This document shows, in pieces, positions 59,501 to 64,000 of a stretch of 64,000 nt of DNA. The stretch is from Minutocellus sp. GHC0000111 (Eukaryota). The stretch's first letter is position 1; every line of letters begins with the position of its first letter. The DNA is taken from contig OZ361260.1 of NCBI GenBank assembly GCA_977018835.1, positions 992,001-1,056,000 on the forward strand, read 5' to 3'. The notes beneath the pieces are model-generated. The model did no database searches. It saw nothing but the letters and a program-made list of their open reading frames with translations, and was not told where the DNA came from. Made by a program: the position numbers and the translations under genes.

Positions 59501-60413
59501 TCTGTTTGGCAATGCTCCTAAGCCTACTCCTCCTCCCGCTCCGGTACAGGCACCCGCCCCGGTTGCGAAAAAGCCCGCTCCATTCTCGTTCTTCGGCGCT
59601 CCAAAGCCTGCTGCCAAGGCACCCGCTCCGGCTCCTCCTGCCCCGAAGGGCCCTGTGAAGCGTTCTCCTACCATCTCGCTCTTTGGCAATGGCCCCAAGC
59701 CCGCTGCAGCAAAGCCTGCTGCTCCTGCTCAGGCCCTTCCCAAGGTCACTTCTGCCCCGAAGGGTGTGCCGACCATTATTGGATTCCGAAAGCTCCGAGA
59801 TGGAAGCGTTACTGGAAAGATCTACGGATCTCCTAGCTTTGAGGATGGCGAGCAACTCACCACCTCGCCCATTACCTCTGGAACTGTCGCTAACGGCAAT
59901 CTTGTCCAGACTGGATCTGGTAGCCGGTACTTCTTGAGCGCTACCAAGCCTGGCGGTGCTGCCGCTGCCGCCAAGCCGGCTGGAGGAGGGTTCTTTGGCA
60001 AGCCCGCTGCCAAGAAGGTCGCGCCTCCTCCGGCTGCCGCCGCCAAGCCCGCTCCTGTGAAGCGATCGCCCACTATCTCTCTCTTTGGCAACGCTGCCCC
60101 GAAGAAGGCCGCTCCGGCTCCTCCGGCACTGACCCCCGCTCCCGTCAAGAAGTCCCCAACCTTCTCCCTCTTTGGAAAGCCCGCTGCCGCACCGAAGAAG
60201 AACGGCGCCGCACCGGCCGCTTCCGTTGCTGATGCCAATATTCCTGTCCTCAAAAACTGGGTTCAGAATCCGGATGGCAGCCTAACGGGCAATGTCAGCA
60301 ACACCAAGTCGTTCCGTGCTGGTACTGAGATCACGACGTCTCCTGTCCGACGAGGGGCCAAGGCTGGCACTGTTGTGGCCACTAGCTCTGGCAGCAAATA
60401 CAAGCTTATGTAA
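56546..60413 (+). CDS. ~1108-aa plastid-targeted repeat protein (exons 56546-57115, 57551-58829, 58936-60413)
   Basis: Signal peptide ending VQA-FVP; GT-AG introns join three ORFs in frame. Two I29-propeptide-like domains, two PYDAAA motifs, Pro/Ala/Lys spacers with F-G motifs, and two C-terminal DGS.TG...TTSP...T.SGS.Y.L domains. Confidence 0.85.
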
Positions 60414-60797
60414 TTGATATATGATATGGTTTTATATTAAATATAAATGAGTATTAGACATGCTAGACCATCTCTCGACTAACCTACCGATGCCAAGGAT
60501 AAATTCCGCTCGATGCAATTGTTTCGATTTCCCTTGGATTTATAACCACCACTGCGCGCCAACGTGTGGCGAGTTGTCAATAGTAGTGATGTAGGGTGAA
60601 TTGCCAGCCGTACAATTGCATAAGCTTACGATGATATCAATACAGCAGCTGAGATGTAAACATTAACAACAAAAAACTTATAATTTCTTTAAGTGGTTCG
60701 ATTCGATTCACAATCCTTCCAGCCCGCATCATTTCTGGTCAATGTCAACACAAGGAAACAAAGAAGGATCCTCTCTGGAGGATGCCGCCTAATCTAT

Positions 60798-63700
60798 CTA
60801 CACCTGCATCTTCCTCTTAGGAACATCAGCCGGAGCGTTATCATTCCGGCGACGTTCACGCGTGTCTCTATTGCTGTAGTAGGAGGGAGGGCCTTGAGGT
60901 CACGACGTGTAGGATTCCCAATCGCTTCCTTCTGTCGCCTGCGAGTCGGTCTCCCACTCGTCGCTGTACTCAGACTCATCATAGCTGTGTGAGAACTGCA
61001 GCTGCGATCGAGCTCCGACTTGCTTTCTGGGCATTCCAGTAGACTCGCTGTAGTGAGATCCTCCGTAGCTTGCACTCGCGTGTGATCTGCCATCACGGCT
61101 TGAGCGTGGCTGCCTCTTGTTATCGCGATCGTCCTGACTGGCGCTTCGCATGACCGCAATATACTGGGCAACGGAGTTCCAGTCGTTCTTGGCAATGTAT
61201 TGGTCGAGCTCAGACTGATTGAATTCCTTGTCGGATGCGGACGAGCTCTTTCTAGCTGGCCTTGCAGGAGAGGCCCGATAGCGGGCTGAATATCTTTGAT
61301 TGGACTGTATTGATAGATGGAAGCAAAACAAAATACAAGCAGACAGTGGAGAAACAGCGTATGTGAGCATTGATATCCAAAAAAAGATGCAGCAGGAACG
61401 ATCGTGAAAAAAACTCAAACAAAACAAAGAACTTACATCATCACTGCGCTCTCTCTTGCTGAGTTCTTGAGCAACGGTGGCGGCCTTGTTCCAGTCTTTC
61501 TCCTCCATCGCAGCACCGAGTGCCTTCTTCTGTCGACGTTCCTGCCGAGCCCGGATACCAGCGTATTCGATATCCGTACTGAGGGCCGATACCGAGTCCG
61601 AAACAGAATACTGGTCGGCATGCTCGTGGTCGGCGGTGTAGCTTTCTTCCTCCGCAGGCCTGGCGGCCATGCCACTGCGGTTCGATCTCTGCGATCGGGT
61701 CCGGACAGCCTCCGACGTCTGCTGAAGGGCGGCATTCCCTCCGCCTTTGGCACTGGCGGCGGCCGTACCAACCATCTCCTCCGCCTTGGACGAAATGCTG
61801 GTCTCGTCATCGTCCTCGCCATCCTCGGCGATCGGTGCCACGCCGGGAGAGATCGACTTCGTAACGTTGTTGACACGCTGGGTGAGCTCGGAACGCATGC
61901 CAGTGCCGGAGGTGTAGGTGGAATACGTCCGGCCGATGGAGGGTGCGTCCATTCTGGACGGGGGCTGGGTCGACACGGCGGCAGCGGCCGTGGCGGCGGC
62001 GGCGGACACGGCCGCCCCGGCGAGGGCCAGTACGTTGCCGGACTTGCGCGCCTCGATCTGGTCCATCTTGGTAAGGACCGCGTCGTACTCGATGCACTCG
62101 TCGAAGGGGGTGTCCTCCTGCAGCTCCTCGAGGGCCGTGAGAAGATCGTCCTCCTTGCCCTTGTATTTCTCCAGCAGCTCGTCGTGCTGCGTCTGCTGAT
62201 CGGGCAGGGCCGAAGCCAGAGCCTTCTGCAGCTCGAGGTTGACGGGATCGAAGGCCGGACCACCGCCGGACGACGCCAGGGCCGCGCGCTTCCTCTCCTT
62301 GGCCTCCGCCCGCTTCCGCTGGCGCTCCTCCTTCTCCTTCTTGAGGGCCTCCTGCTGCTCGTCGAAGCCGGCGGGCTTGACCCACGTCACCTCCTTGGTG
62401 ATGGTGTGGTAGAAGTAGGTCTTGCCGGACTTTTGGTCGACGGCCTCCTTCCAGATGGCCCGCCGGGGCTTGGTGGAGGACGACGCACCGGCGGGATCCT
62501 TCTTGCTCCGATTCTTCTTCTTGCTCTTGGAACGGCGAGCGTCGAGCGCCTCGTCGTAGTCCTCGGGCTTGTCCCACCGAGTCTCCTTGGTGAGGGTGTG
62601 GTAGTAGTACGTCTTGCCGGAATTGTCGTCGACGACGGACCTCCAGCCGTGAACACGCTCCTTCTTCTTCTTGCTCTTGCCACCGCTGGCGGCGGCCGAC
62701 GACTTGTTGCCGTGATGCTTGTTGAGGGAGCGGGTCCGAGTGCGGAGGGCGTGGACGGCGGCCATCATGCCCAGATTCTTCTTGGAGTGGGACACGTTGG
62801 ACCCCGAGCGTTCGATGGACACCTCCCCCTCGGCCCCCTGGACGACCTCGACGTTGGAGAAGGTACGGGTGGGAGTCAGGCCGAGGTCGGTGAGCTCGTC
62901 GTCGGGCAGCTCCTCGTTGGCGGCGGCCATCCCGTTGAGGACGGCCTGGTCGGCGGTGGTGGCTTCGTTGCTGGTGGTGGCTGGGGCGTCCTTGGTCTTG
63001 CCGTGGCCCTTCTTGCCCATGCCCAGCATCTTGCGGATGGACTTGCCACCCTTGGACAAAGCCGACTTGTTGGTGGACTGGGTGGTATTGGCGTCGGACT
63101 CGTTGTTGGCGTTGGCGGCGGCCACGGCGGCGGCTCCAAAGACGGCGGCCCCACCGGCAGCCGTAGTCGTGCCGGCACCGATGCCGGCACCCTTGGAGTT
63201 CTGCATGGCACCCTTCTTGGCCACGACGGAGCGGTAGGCATCCACGAGCTCGGGAGGCGGATCCCACTTGGTCTCCTTGGTGACGCGGTTGTAGTAGTAC
63301 GTCCGGCCGGTGGCGGGAACGGTGGCACTCCGCCACGTTTCCAGGGCCGACGCCACGGAGGCATCGACAAAGTCTTCGGTGGGGGCGGCGGAGGCGGCGT
63401 TGGTCGAGGCTGCCGAGGAGATGGGCCGGGAGGAGGAGGAGGCGGCGGCGGCCCGGGCGGCCGCCTGACGGGTGCGGCTCTCCTCCTTGCTCTTGAGGAG
63501 GTTCTTCCGGGCCGCGCTGACCACCTCGTCCTGCTCCATCTGCTGCTGCTGCTGCCGCTGGGCCTCGGCCTCCATGGCCCCGGCCAGATTGGCCGAGGGG
63601 CTGCCATTGTCGGGAGTTTCCACCCCCCCATCGGTATCCGTCCCAGCGCCACCCCGTTCGGGCGTCTGCTGCAGGACGAGCTCGACGTCGTCGTACTCGC

Positions 63701-64000
63701 CGACGTCGCTGCTGCGGCCGACGGTGTCGTCGTCGTCCGACAATACCGGGGCGATGCCCCAGATGGGGGCCTTGGCAAACTTTTGGCCCTGGACGCGCTG
63801 TCCGCTGCGTACCTTGGACAGCTGCGAGGCGGCACTTTCCTCACCGGCCTGGCCCTTTTCCAAAATGCCGCACGCCTCGAGGGGCGCCGAGGCATAGTCG
63901 AGGGCGGACGAGACCATGTCGCCCATGTACGAATCGAGGCCCGGCGTCGGCGCCGCGGTGGCCGGGGTGGTCTCCGTGGCACGATTGCGCGATACGATGG
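60798..64000 (-). CDS. Multi-WW-domain protein; 5' end probably lies beyond the window
   Basis: Three WW domains (e.g. WRSVVDDNSGKTYYYHTLTKETRWDKP). Probable 132-nt intron 61436-61305. TGA at 60900-60902 is followed by 33 coding-looking codons to TAG at 60798-60800. Confidence 0.8.

Noticed and set aside
57542..63336. Long antisense or alternate-frame ORFs (e.g. 58671..59855, 61807..63336)
   Set aside because: Shadows of GC-rich, codon-biased genes with no independent motifs.
1..64000. CRISPR arrays, rRNA or tRNA genes, prokaryotic operons
   Set aside because: No repeat-spacer arrays or recognisable structural RNA genes were seen, and the genes have spliceosomal introns.

Overview
Gene-dense eukaryotic nuclear DNA, most likely from a diatom (inferred from DUF6824 genes, RING+Sel1 genes, ASAFAP-type plastid presequences and short GT-AG introns). 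About 28 protein-coding loci are present, including cyclin Y-like, UTP13/TBL3, CapZ beta, AMMECR1, NBP35, RBM34/NOP12, PI-PLC, alpha-carbonic anhydrase-like, an SDR, TMEM151-like, ShK-prolyl hydroxylase, TMEM65-GAF, SF3A3, two Sel1 paralogs, MnmG/GidA and two WW proteins. Mobile DNA read directly from the sequence: a TA-flanked MITE, an RT-deleted non-LTR retroelement with an 11-bp TSD and (CAC)n tail plus a second 3' end of the same family, a 505-bp retroposed insert with a 16-bp TSD and (ATAAGG)3 tail, and a possible degenerate MULE. Many genes carry single-base frameshifts or in-frame stops, which most likely reflect assembly error. The best candidates for new biology are a plastid-targeted sticker-and-spacer protein (56546-60413) and a TMEM65-GAF fusion. 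All domain and family calls come from motif recognition; no searches were run.
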